Of a stretch of 64,000 nt of DNA, positions 12,001 to 21,104 are shown piece after piece (within the stretch, counting starts at the first letter, position 1; each line of letters starts with the position of its first letter). Position numbers and translations under genes: made by a program. The notes beneath the pieces were generated by a model that searched no databases, had not been told where the DNA came from, and was given only the letters and a program-made list of their open reading frames with translations. Source of the stretch: an uncultured Verrucomicrobiae bacterium. GTDB taxonomy: Bacteria > Verrucomicrobiota > Verrucomicrobiia > Chthoniobacterales > JAFAMB01. The stretch covers positions 192,001-256,000 of the forward strand of contig CAVXLD010000001.1 of the NCBI GenBank assembly GCA_963762565.1, in the 5' to 3' direction.

Positions 12001-13164
12001 ATGTCCACCTTAACAGCAGCATCTCTCACGGTCCCGGATACGTTTCCTCCGTTCAGCTTGCCTCGCCTTCTCAAGACGGTTTTTAATCCTAAGGCCGGCG
12101 AGAAGGTAGCCATCTTAATCGACCTTGATGATCCCCATCAGGTGGCAGATTTCGCTTTCCTCAAAAACCCTGATTTGACCATACAGCGACATGCTTACGA
12201 CGTCTTCTATCAGGGATTAAAGAACGGTGTTCTCAAAGAGTTCGGGCTAATCGGTGGAGATCTTTTCGCTTATCAGATCACGGGCGGCAGCAATCTTGAC
12301 CTTCCTGATCTGGCGGTCACGACCGGCGGAAAAGAAGTCAGCCTGGAACGGGACATTTATCCGAACTACAACCTCATCCTTTGCATCTCAACTTATTCTG
12401 CGACTGCGCCTCTGACTGCCTTCGCAAAGAAATACGGCTTTCGGGGCGCCACCTTGCACGGGCTGAACCAAATCATTTTGGCGACCGGTTTGGCTGTCGA
12501 TTACGATGAGGTCAGCGCAAATGCTGAAAAACTTCGGCTGGGAATGACAAAGCCAGACTGGGTGGAAATCGACTTCGTAGTAGCTGGATCGAAGTCCACC
12601 TTACATCTGGACTTGGGGCGACAAGAGGCGCAGAAGAGCCATGGCCTTTGTCGAGGGGGGCCAGACATCGCGAATCTGCCGGCCGGAGAAATTTATTTCG
12701 TTCCCAGCGATGCTTCGGGCGAGTTTCCACTCAAGTACGAAGACGGGACTCTGGGTCTGATGACCGTTGCTCATGGGCGGATTGTGGACGCCAAATTGAT
12801 CCGCGGAAACGCCAAGACAATTGAAGAACACAAACAGAAATTGAGTTCTGATCCGGTAACAGGCGAACTCGGCGAGCTAGGGTTTGGAACTCAGCTTCTC
12901 CCCACTTCAGGGCGCGATATTCAAGATGAGAAGATTCTTGGAACCCTGCACGTGGCAACCGGTCGGAGCGATCATCTGGGCGGCCACTTAACTCCGGATA
13001 AATTCACGAATCATAAAAATGCCACCCATGACGACATTCTGTTTGCGCCGCATAAGACGCCGGAAGTGAACGTCTCGCAGGTGCGCATGCTTCGGAATGG
13101 AAAGACCGAGATCTTAATTGAGGACTTCGTTCCCGCTGCCTATATGGCAGGACTGCTGAGTTAA
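12001..13164 (+). CDS. M29-like (aminopeptidase T-like) metallopeptidase
   Basis: NLPAGEIY, LGELGFG, DEKILGTLHVATG, HDD metal-ligand pattern. Confidence 0.7.
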   Translation: MSTLTAASLTVPDTFPPFSLPRLLKTVFNPKAGEKVAILIDLDDPHQVADFAFLKNPDLTIQRHAYDVFYQGLKNGVLKEFGLIGGDLFAYQITGGSNLDLPDLAVTTGGKEVSLERDIYPNYNLILCISTYSATAPLTAFAKKYGFRGATLHGLNQIILATGLAVDYDEVSANAEKLRLGMTKPDWVEIDFVVAGSKSTLHLDLGRQEAQKSHGLCRGGPDIANLPAGEIYFVPSDASGEFPLKYEDGTLGLMTVAHGRIVDAKLIRGNAKTIEEHKQKLSSDPVTGELGELGFGTQLLPTSGRDIQDEKILGTLHVATGRSDHLGGHLTPDKFTNHKNATHDDILFAPHKTPEVNVSQVRMLRNGKTEILIEDFVPAAYMAGLLS

Positions 13165-13194
13165 GGAATTGGTCGAGGGATCATCCCATGGCGT

Positions 13195-13311
13195 GGGAGG
13201 GCGCGCGTCCCGCGCGCCGCGGCCAGTACTGCATCGCCGACATAACCGAGCGCTTTACCGGGTCTGTGCTGGCCTCCGAGAACAAAGGATCGCGGGGACG
13301 CGATCCCTCCC
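13195..13311 (+). repeat. REP doublet family B
   Basis: GGGAGGGCGCGCGTCCCGCGCGCC ... GGATCGCGGGGACGCGATCCCTCCC; same pair at 16911 and 46060. Confidence 0.85.
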
Positions 13312-13336
13312 CGCTTTGGGCCAATCACATATTACC

Positions 13337-14074
13337 GTGAACATTTACGAAACCGATCTGCTGCTGAACCAATACTTGTTGTTTCATTATGGAACGGCAG
13401 AGGATCAACTGCCCTATTCTTTTGGACCCGGAGATGCGCTCTTTTATCCGTCTCGTTGTGTTACCGAGTTTTTACCACGGATTGGGCACATATCGCGCGC
13501 TCTTGACCTAGGATGTGCCGTCGGCGGATCGACTTTTGAGCTCGCGCGTTGGGCCGACGAAGTTATCGGGATCGACCTTTCTAGCCAATTCGTGGCGGCT
13601 GCTCAGGCCGTGCAAAAAACCGGCGAGATCGGAATTCGCATTGTGGAGGAAGGTCAGCGTTCCGCGGTTGTGACTCGACGGTTAGATCCGCAGATTGATC
13701 GTTCGAAATGCCGGTTCTTCGTAGGAGACGCACTCCAGACGCCGGCGGAACTAGGCACCTTTGATCTGGTTTTGGCAGCAAATCTGATCGATCGGGTGTC
13801 TCGACCTGCGGATTTGTTGAGTGAAATCAAGCGATTGGTGAGAATCGGCGGACACGTCATCCTCGCATCGCCCTACACTTGGCTCGAAGAATTTACGCCG
13901 CGCGAAAACTGGCTTGCCGATGCCACGGCTAACACGTTGAGTCGGATTCAAAGGCTTCTGGGGCCCGAGCTGGTTCAGGTCGCGACCAAAGATCTCCCCT
14001 TCCTGATCCGCGAGCATGCCCGAAAGTTTCAATGGAGCGTGGCGCAGGCGAGTGTGTGGAAAAAGGAGCGGTAG
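13337..14074 (+). CDS. SAM-dependent methyltransferase resembling the OvoA C-terminal domain (putative mercaptohistidine N-methyltransferase)
   Basis: YETDLLLNQYLLFHYG, LDLGCAVG, ANLIDR, SPYTWLEEFTPRENWL, IREHARKFQ; GTG 13337 chosen because the upstream frame is repeat B. Confidence 0.75.
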   Translation: MNIYETDLLLNQYLLFHYGTAEDQLPYSFGPGDALFYPSRCVTEFLPRIGHISRALDLGCAVGGSTFELARWADEVIGIDLSSQFVAAAQAVQKTGEIGIRIVEEGQRSAVVTRRLDPQIDRSKCRFFVGDALQTPAELGTFDLVLAANLIDRVSRPADLLSEIKRLVRIGGHVILASPYTWLEEFTPRENWLADATANTLSRIQRLLGPELVQVATKDLPFLIREHARKFQWSVAQASVWKKER

Positions 14075-14080
14075 GTGTAG

Positions 14081-14220
14081 CGAATCGGCGTGTGGGCGAA
14101 ACGGCGAAAGGGCGAAATGGAAGCCGTACGGCGAAAGTTTCGGTGCGCCCATGACGTGCAACTTTCTATCGATGCCGACGCGCCGAGATTTTCGCCCTTT
14201 CGCCCATTCGCCCATTCGCC
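14081..14220. repeat. inverted arms of GGCGAAAN-type 8-mers
   Basis: gggcgaaacggcgaaagggcgaaat faces tttcgccctttcgcccattcgcccattcgcc between convergent genes. Confidence 0.85.
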
Positions 14221-14238
14221 GGTGCGCGCTTCTAGCTC

Positions 14239-14784
14239 CTATTTCTGTGGCGTGAGGTTGATGGTAGTCGTCAGCTTAGGGTAACCCACAATAGATACCT
14301 CCAGAACATAAGGGCGCCCAGGGACCATATCACGGGTCGAGATGGTACCCGGAAACTCTGAGCGTTCATTGGGATTTACGATCACGTACGCCGGATTTTG
14401 CGTGACCGGTTGATCGTCGCTCCATTGAACGAGTTTCTTGCCGGCCTCATCCCGGAGGAGGAAGTCATATTCGCGGCTGTCGTTGAACTGAAGCGTTACC
14501 CCCTTCTTGGACCGGTTGATGAGGATAATCCGCGCCTCAAACGACCTTGTATCCGGGAGTTTGATAGTATCGGGCGACAACACGACCCGCATTTCCAACC
14601 CATACGCCACGACTCCCGTGATCTTCCCGAACGGATTGATTTTCTCAGTCTTAGCGGCATTCGGAACTGCACCAGGACGCTCGGGCTTCGGACCTACAAA
14701 CGGGACCCAGCGGTGAAGCTTCTGGGAAGAACAGGCAGTGAAGGCGAGTAGGAGTAGGCTTAACGTCCTAAGGCGTAAATGCAT
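14239..14784 (-). CDS. lipoprotein with BsuPI (proteinase inhibitor)-like domain
   Basis: lipobox FTAC; LQFNDSREYDFLLRDEAGKKLVQWSDD resembles BsuPI. Confidence 0.65.
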   Translation of the reverse strand: MHLRLRTLSLLLLAFTACSSQKLHRWVPFVGPKPERPGAVPNAAKTEKINPFGKITGVVAYGLEMRVVLSPDTIKLPDTRSFEARIILINRSKKGVTLQFNDSREYDFLLRDEAGKKLVQWSDDQPVTQNPAYVIVNPNERSEFPGTISTRDMVPGRPYVLEVSIVGYPKLTTTINLTPQK

Positions 14785-14874
14785 CTGCTCCGTTTAGCGA
14801 AAGGCCTTCCCGGTTGCAAATTCTATCCTCTATAACGATGTCGCTCCTACGGAGCAGAATGCACCACACCAAAT

Positions 14875-15936
14875 ATGATTTGGACACCGTTTAACTTCCG
14901 AACGACGCTGCTCTACTCAGCGGTCTGGCTCCTCCTGACAGGTACAATGGCGAAGGCAGAACCTCCGAAATTGATATTGCCAACGGAGAACGACGGCCTT
15001 TTGACCGGTAAATTCGCGGAGTTCTATCAATACGTTCAGCGCGATTTCGAGGGCCAAGTCGGCCAGCCGTGGGAGGGCGGCCAGTATGGTTTCGTCCGGA
15101 ACCCAAGACGCATTGGATCGCAGGTCATTTATACGCGATTTCACGAGGGGATCGATATCCGGCCTCTACACCGGGATGCTGCCGGCGAGCCGGAAGACAT
15201 CATCCATGCAATCGCCGCCGGAACCGTAGTTTACACAAATCCTGTCGCCAGAAATTCGAACTACGGCCGGTATGTGGTCATCGAACATCACCTGGACGGT
15301 TTCCCTTATTACAGCCTTTACGCCCATCTGAACACGATCACTGTGAATATTGGCGACTCGGTAGATCAGGGTTCACCGATTGCAGTGATGGGCCATACCG
15401 GCGAGGGGCTCGACAGGGAGCGCGCCCATGTTCATCTGGAGCTAAACCTTCTTTTGAACTCCCATTTTTCAGAATGGTTCCAGGGACATCACTCAGCAGA
15501 CATCGACCGGCACGGTATCTACAATGGGATTAACTTGGCCGGCATCGACATTGGCCGGTTTTATTTGGAGCTCCAAAAGAATCCGGAGCTTACGGTGCCT
15601 ACCTTCGTTCAACAGGGAGAACCCTGGTACAGAGTCCTGGTCCCGATATCGCCCCGAATGGATCTGACCGAACGATATCCTTGGCTGTTAGAAGGCGAAA
15701 CGGACGCGCCCAGCTGCGAGATCAGTTTCGACCGCACTGGGCTGCCGCTTAAGGTTCGCGGTTCTAGCGAACATGTGACACAGCCAACGGTATCCTGGGT
15801 CCATTCTTCGCCTTTCCCTCAGCATCTGTTGACCAAAGGTTTCATTCGGGACCACGGATCAGGCTACGTTCTCTCAGAGGAGGGAAACCGGTACATCAGC
15901 CTGGTTTGTGACTCGCCTCAGGCTCGCCATCAATAG
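14875..15936 (+). CDS. M23 family metallopeptidase
   Basis: FHEGIDI, YGRYVVIEH, SLYAHL, HVHLE; signal peptide. Confidence 0.92.
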   Translation: MIWTPFNFRTTLLYSAVWLLLTGTMAKAEPPKLILPTENDGLLTGKFAEFYQYVQRDFEGQVGQPWEGGQYGFVRNPRRIGSQVIYTRFHEGIDIRPLHRDAAGEPEDIIHAIAAGTVVYTNPVARNSNYGRYVVIEHHLDGFPYYSLYAHLNTITVNIGDSVDQGSPIAVMGHTGEGLDRERAHVHLELNLLLNSHFSEWFQGHHSADIDRHGIYNGINLAGIDIGRFYLELQKNPELTVPTFVQQGEPWYRVLVPISPRMDLTERYPWLLEGETDAPSCEISFDRTGLPLKVRGSSEHVTQPTVSWVHSSPFPQHLLTKGFIRDHGSGYVLSEEGNRYISLVCDSPQARHQ

Positions 15937-15945
15937 CAGATAGCA

Positions 15946-16046
15946 CTGGAGGGGAGCCGCCTGTTTTCACGTTTTTCGATCGCAGCTCGGGATCGGCGAA
16001 AATGTTGCGCGGTCGCGACGCACGCACCAAAGCGGCTCCCCTCCAG
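15946..16046. repeat. family C element (outer arms only)
   Basis: CTGGAGGGGAGCCGC ... GCGGCTCCCCTCCAG. Confidence 0.8.
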
Positions 16047-16126
16047 GCTATTGGCTATTTGAGAGCGAGCCTCAGACGAACTCCCGCCTTGCCCTGCCCT
16101 TGAATCCCTTCTAAGAATCTCGGCGC

Positions 16127-16876
16127 GTGAAACGGCTAGCTCTGGTCTTAATTTTTCAATGCTGCTTGCACTCTGCCATGGCGGCGAATCGCCTCCCTCC
16201 TTCGGTCCGGCAACTGATTGTCGGTATCGCTCCGGACTGGAATTCGATGACTGGCGAAATCCAGCTTTTACAGAAGAATGGCGATACCTGGAGCCAAGCA
16301 TCTGTTCCGATCAAAGTTCTCTTCGGGAAGAACGGCTTAGCTTGGGGCCGAGGTGAAATCATCGGTTCAGGAGAAGGCCCCGAAAAGGTCGAGCGGGACA
16401 ATCGGGCGCCCGCCGGAGTGTTCAAGATTGGGGTCATTTATACTTATGATCATGCCTTACCGCCAGGCGCCGACTACCCGTTTCATACCGTTACCGCCGC
16501 GGACACGTGGGTCGATGATCTGAACAGCCCTTACTATAACCAGCACGTGGTGGTCGACCCTCGAAATCCACCGCCGTGGTATAACAAGGCTAAGATGAGA
16601 TTGGGAGACTTTGCCTATCACTGGCTGATCGAAATCCGGCATAACTCTGATCCTCCGGTGCCCGGGTTTGGGAGTGCTATCTTCTTTCATATCCGGCGTG
16701 GACCGACTCGACCTTCGGCGGGCTGCACCACCATGGCGGAATCGAATCTAGTGACGCTCGTGAAGTGGCTACGCGCAGCTGACGAACCCCATTATGCCTG
16801 CCTGCCAAGAGCCGAATATCTGGCAAACTGGCAAGCCTGGGGACTGCCGGATCCGAAGGCGACAGGGCTGTTTTGA
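16127..16876 (+). CDS. L,D-transpeptidase (YkuD) family protein
   Basis: ERDNRAPAG and GSAIFFH...SAGC catalytic His/Cys; signal peptide. Confidence 0.88.
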   Translation: MKRLALVLIFQCCLHSAMAANRLPPSVRQLIVGIAPDWNSMTGEIQLLQKNGDTWSQASVPIKVLFGKNGLAWGRGEIIGSGEGPEKVERDNRAPAGVFKIGVIYTYDHALPPGADYPFHTVTAADTWVDDLNSPYYNQHVVVDPRNPPPWYNKAKMRLGDFAYHWLIEIRHNSDPPVPGFGSAIFFHIRRGPTRPSAGCTTMAESNLVTLVKWLRAADEPHYACLPRAEYLANWQAWGLPDPKATGLF

Positions 16877-16910
16877 GGTGGCCGGTGGGGTAAGGCGCGG
16901 GTTGCAATTC

Positions 16911-17031
16911 GGGAGGGCGCGCGTCCCCGCACGCCGCGAGGACGTGCCACAACTGATTGTGTATTTTCGCCGCCATAATTAACATACGCTGGACTTCGGT
17001 AACAACGGATCGCGAGGACGCGATCCCTCCC
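16911..17031 (+). repeat. REP doublet family B
   Basis: GGGAGGGCGCGCGTCCCCGCACGCC ... GGATCGCGAGGACGCGATCCCTCCC. Confidence 0.85.
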
Positions 17032-17112
17032 CAGGTTTTCGACCTGCATTTCCGTCCCAGCCCTACCAACTTTCCGGTTGAGCCCATGCCGTCCGCATCA
17101 GACCGTTAACCA

Positions 17113-17922
17113 GTGACTCGGCCCACTAAAGAAAACAGCGTGCTGGTTTTGGTTGGTCACGGTTCGACCGTAAACCCGGACTCGAGTTTACCGACTTTTG
17201 TTCACGCGAATGAGATCCGGTCCCGGCGCATATTTTCTGAAGTCTACTGCGCTTTTTGGAAAGAAGAGCCCAGTCTGCGGGAAGTCCTCAGAATGGTGGA
17301 AGTACGAGACGTTTACATCGTCCCCAACTTTATTAGCGAAGGTTACTTTACGGCAAAAGTTATCCCACGAGAGTTGGAATTGACCGGGCCAATCACGATC
17401 AGGAACTACCAAACCCTCAAATATTGCGACCCAGTGGGTAATGATCCTCGAATGACCGATCTGTTGCTCCATCGGGCGGCTGACGTCGCCTGCGATGCAC
17501 CACCTCATGATACTAGCCTTGTCATTGTCGCTCACGGCACGGGCCTTAACGAAAATTCAGCCGTTGCCGCTAAACGCCAAGTTGCTGCGATTCGAGACCG
17601 AGGAATTTATCCGGAAGTGGTTGCTGCCTTCATGGAAGAGCCTCCCGAGATTTCACAGTGGGCCAGCTTGACCACCCGGAGATACGTCGTCGTCGTTCCA
17701 TTCTTCATTTCGGATGGCCTGCACAGCTATCAAGACATTCCGGTGTTGCTTGGGATACAAAGCGAGAATTCAGCTCCGGCAAGCCAACAAGAAATTTTTC
17801 GACATAACCCCTATGAACTCCACAACCGCAAACTTTATTACGCGAGTGCGATCGGGACAGACCCGATGATGGCAGACATTATTCTGGATACCGTCGATCG
17901 GTTTGATCAGCAGCATGATTGA
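17113..17922 (+). CDS. CbiX/SirB-type sirohydrochlorin chelatase
   Basis: two CbiX halves: LVGHGS...FWKEEP...VPNFISEGYF and VAHGT...FMEEPP...VPFFISDGLHS. Confidence 0.85.
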   Translation: MTRPTKENSVLVLVGHGSTVNPDSSLPTFVHANEIRSRRIFSEVYCAFWKEEPSLREVLRMVEVRDVYIVPNFISEGYFTAKVIPRELELTGPITIRNYQTLKYCDPVGNDPRMTDLLLHRAADVACDAPPHDTSLVIVAHGTGLNENSAVAAKRQVAAIRDRGIYPEVVAAFMEEPPEISQWASLTTRRYVVVVPFFISDGLHSYQDIPVLLGIQSENSAPASQQEIFRHNPYELHNRKLYYASAIGTDPMMADIILDTVDRFDQQHD

Positions 17923-18598
17923 AAGACTGCTCCAGGAACGCTTACGTCGCGGCATGATCAACCTTGGGGAGCTGGTAGTCCGGGAGGTTGAACCCGGGCG
18001 GTATCTGATCCGGCATTGGAAAGATGACCGACAGGAGCGAAAGCTGGCGGTTGAAACCCGGGCAATCGCTGCCCTAGAAATCGTCAGGTACGACGAGCAA
18101 GGGAATTATCGGCCACTCAAAGGGGCCCCAAACTTGCCGACCGGCTGGGAACTACGCCTCGAGTCGACGGCCGAGCTCAGACGAGCGATCGATTATTTTT
18201 ATCCCGGCGCGTTCTCCACTTGGATCGCATTCAGCCGCGGCGAGATCGATCCGGTCGACCTCAGACAAACCCTTACCCGACAAACCGGCATGTACCGCGT
18301 CACACACAAGCTAACCGGCTTACAGGCCGAAGAATTAGCAGGCCGGTTTTGCCGATCTAATTCAAGCTGTATTCGGACAATCCTTTGGACCATTGACGGG
18401 AAAGCCCCGGAAAAGTATCTGCCCAGCTCTAAATTTGATCCGCAGGCAGATCAGGTCGCCCCGCGTCGAGAGGATCGCGAAGAGGATGGACGGAGCGGAC
18501 CTCATCACGATCGGTCCGCAGTTCCCTTTCTGTGCACCGAAGCCTGCAATCTGTTTGTGGCCGAGGCCCGAAAAATCGTCAAGATTCACTCCACATGA
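17915..18598 (+). CDS. DR2241-family protein (probable Fe-S domain)
   Basis: YRPLKGAPNLPTGW, DYFYPGA, RQTGMY, C-x5-C and C-x3-C; overlaps the chelatase stop. Confidence 0.7.
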   Translation: MIERLLQERLRRGMINLGELVVREVEPGRYLIRHWKDDRQERKLAVETRAIAALEIVRYDEQGNYRPLKGAPNLPTGWELRLESTAELRRAIDYFYPGAFSTWIAFSRGEIDPVDLRQTLTRQTGMYRVTHKLTGLQAEELAGRFCRSNSSCIRTILWTIDGKAPEKYLPSSKFDPQADQVAPRREDREEDGRSGPHHDRSAVPFLCTEACNLFVAEARKIVKIHST

Positions 18599-19815
18599 CG
18601 CGATACCGGTGCCGCTGGCTAGTGACAATGCAGGGTGAGCCGCTGGAGAACGGGGCTTTTGCTATTGAAAATAACCGGTTCGTCGAGGTTGGACCCGCGT
18701 CCCAGCTACTAGACAGAGATTCCGGTGGATTTGTCGATCTCGGGGAATGTATCGTCCTGCCGGGTTTGATCAACGCGCATTGTCACCTGGACTACAGCTC
18801 ACTTCGGGGGAGCATTTTGCCGTCTCGAAACTTCCCCCAATGGATCAGCCGGATCAATTCGTTGAAACGGTCACTCAGTGGTGACGATTACCTCGAAGCC
18901 ATGGACCTTGGGTTCGCCGAACTGCGACGCTCAGGGGTCACCTCTGTATTCGATATTGTAGCCACTCCGCAGATCCTGCCCCGTCTAACGCCGCCTCGTA
19001 TCCGAACGTGGTTTTTCCTGGAACTGATCGACATAAGACCGCGTCCTTGGATCGACGATAGCGCTTTTGGTTCGTGGTTATTTTTCGAGCCGAGCGATTG
19101 GCTCGGTGGCTTCGGTCTGAGCCCGCATGCGCCGTACACCGCTTCGGCCGAACTCTATTCAGCTGCGCTAGCTGCTGCACACAATTTCAAAATGCCGTTC
19201 ACGACTCATGTCTCAGAATCGGCGTCGGAATACGAAATGTTTGCCAAGGGCAAAGGTGATCTGTTTGATTTCCTGAGCAAAATGAACCGGCCCATGACCG
19301 ATTGCGGCCGGCTCTCGCCCTTCCGAGCGTTAGCGTTGTCCGGTCTCTTACCGAAAGACGCTTTATTAGTTCATATGAACGAACTGGATGAAGCAGATCT
19401 GGAGATTCTCGGTCGTGACGAGTGGCGGTCCCTTTCCATCGTTAATTGTCCAAAGAGTAGTCGTTTTCTGCATCACCGGCAGTTCCCCATGCAGGCCTTG
19501 CGAGAACGAGGCTTCAACATCTGTCTAGGAACCGACAGTTTGGCCAGCAACGATTCTTTGAATTTATTCGCAGAAATGCGGATGGCGGCACGAAATCATG
19601 ATTTCGTGAGCCCAAAGGAACTGTTAGAAATGGTAACAGTGAGGCCCGCCCGCGCGATTGGTTTGGAGGGATCACTAGGGCAGATCGCACCCGGGTATCT
19701 GGCAGATGCTATCAGTATTCCTTTTGGCGGTGGTTATCGGAGCATTTATGAGGAAATCATTGATTACCGGGACGATGTATTATGGATGATGGTCGATGGA
19801 AAACAGGTAGCTTAG
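18595..19815 (+). CDS. metal-dependent amidohydrolase (MTA/SAH or aminodeoxyfutalosine deaminase-like)
   Basis: PGLINAHCHLD, SPHAPY, THVSES, LGTDSLASN; ATGA overlap with previous gene. Confidence 0.85.
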   Translation: MTRYRCRWLVTMQGEPLENGAFAIENNRFVEVGPASQLLDRDSGGFVDLGECIVLPGLINAHCHLDYSSLRGSILPSRNFPQWISRINSLKRSLSGDDYLEAMDLGFAELRRSGVTSVFDIVATPQILPRLTPPRIRTWFFLELIDIRPRPWIDDSAFGSWLFFEPSDWLGGFGLSPHAPYTASAELYSAALAAAHNFKMPFTTHVSESASEYEMFAKGKGDLFDFLSKMNRPMTDCGRLSPFRALALSGLLPKDALLVHMNELDEADLEILGRDEWRSLSIVNCPKSSRFLHHRQFPMQALRERGFNICLGTDSLASNDSLNLFAEMRMAARNHDFVSPKELLEMVTVRPARAIGLEGSLGQIAPGYLADAISIPFGGGYRSIYEEIIDYRDDVLWMMVDGKQVA

Positions 19816-20666
19816 CCCTGGCGGCTCTGCTGACGTTCTTAGTGCAAGGCGCGAGATCCCAGGATTTGTCTTTGGCCGCCCAAAGCGCAGCCGTGGTTGA
19901 TTCTTACTCCGGCGAATTTCTTTACACGAAAAACGCCGATGCCAAAGAATACCCGGCGAGCTCCACCAAGATTTTGACGGCGCTGATCGTGATCGAGGCT
20001 GGCAATCTTGACCAAGTGGTAACGGTGGCTCCGGAAGATACCAAGGTCGAACCTAGCAGCCTCGATCTGAAACCGGGACAACAATTTACGCGGCGCCAAC
20101 TACTCTTCGGCATGCTGCTCAAGAGCGCCAATGACGTTGCCATGTGCTTAGCCAGAGATAATGCCGGTTCCGTCCCTGCGTTCGCCGAAAAGATGAATTT
20201 GCGGGCAGCCGAACTAGGAGCAACCTCCAGTCATTTTGTTAATCCACACGGCCTCCATGATCCCAATCACTATACGACGGCTCATGATCTGGTCCTCATC
20301 GCGCGCGCAGCGATGCAACAGCCGCTGTTCCGTCAGATTGTTTCAACTATCTACTACACTTGGCGAACTCCCAACGGCGAAGTGGACCAGCTACGCAACC
20401 ATAACCGGTTACTCCGGCATTTCGCAGGCTGTAACGGGCTGAAAACCGGTTATACCCGGGCCGCACAGCAGGTTCTGGTGAGCTCCGCTTTGCGGGGTGG
20501 TCACGAGGTGGTCGCGGTTGTGCTTCATACCGACAAACCCGGCATCTGGGTCGATAGCAAGACCCTCTTGACCTACGGACTTATTAAGGTGGGGTGTCCA
20601 GCGGAGGATATTGTGGACACCACTGACCGGGTCGACGAGCCGGGCGATGCGGACGAAGGGAAGTGA
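19782..20666 (+). CDS. D-alanyl-D-alanine carboxypeptidase (S11)
   Basis: ASSTK (SxxK), SAN, KTG; NPHGL. Confidence 0.93.
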   Translation: MDDGRWKTGSLALAALLTFLVQGARSQDLSLAAQSAAVVDSYSGEFLYTKNADAKEYPASSTKILTALIVIEAGNLDQVVTVAPEDTKVEPSSLDLKPGQQFTRRQLLFGMLLKSANDVAMCLARDNAGSVPAFAEKMNLRAAELGATSSHFVNPHGLHDPNHYTTAHDLVLIARAAMQQPLFRQIVSTIYYTWRTPNGEVDQLRNHNRLLRHFAGCNGLKTGYTRAAQQVLVSSALRGGHEVVAVVLHTDKPGIWVDSKTLLTYGLIKVGCPAEDIVDTTDRVDEPGDADEGK

Positions 20667-20703
20667 CTTTGGCGTTTGGCGTGTCGGCGGACGGGACCGC
20701 AAT

Positions 20704-20988
20704 TTGGTGGGGCGAGGCTCCCGAACGGAAGATGTACTTTCACAGCGCCCCTCGCTGAACCTCATGAGTTGTCGGCAACACCGATGGACCGCCGAGCCGT
20801 CGGTCTGCAGCGTTTCAATACCCCGTTAGAATGAAGAACGTGCGTAGCAGATGCTTCAGATGCGCTGATTAGTTGTACGCGCTGGGACGCGGCTCGGCAC
20901 GCCAATCGGCGAAACCTCGCGCGCAGTTTCGCAAAATCGAGCCTCTTTGTCGGAGATTTTAGGTCACTCGGGAGCCTCGCCCCACCAA
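20704..20988. repeat. family A split-REP element
   Basis: perfect 21-bp terminal IR TTGGTGGGGCGAGGCTCCCGA; inner GCCGAGCCG 20791 and CGGCTCGGC 20890. Confidence 0.9.
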
Positions 20989-21087
20989 CGTTGGGCCGCT
21001 ACACGCGGATGCTCACAGATTCTTCCTCCGCATCCCATGCCGTAACCGACTCAAAATCAAGCAATTGCGTCTATTACGGCGACCCCC

Positions 21088-21104
21088 TTGCAGTTTCTGT
21101 GCCA
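21088..21104 (-). promoter_or_regulatory. reverse-oriented sigma54 site overlapping the rpoN -35 box
   Basis: minus strand TGGCACAGAAACTGCAA = GG-N10-GC. Confidence 0.65.

Noticed and set aside
13169..13336. Long N-terminal extensions of ORFs at 13169, 26121, 2487, 34540 and 53631
   Set aside because: Each runs through a repeat element, and family homology starts at a downstream codon.
17032..17112. Cobalamin riboswitch before the chelatase, SAM riboswitch before ssuA, glutamine riboswitch before amtB
   Set aside because: No recognisable consensus elements by eye. An Rfam scan would be decisive.
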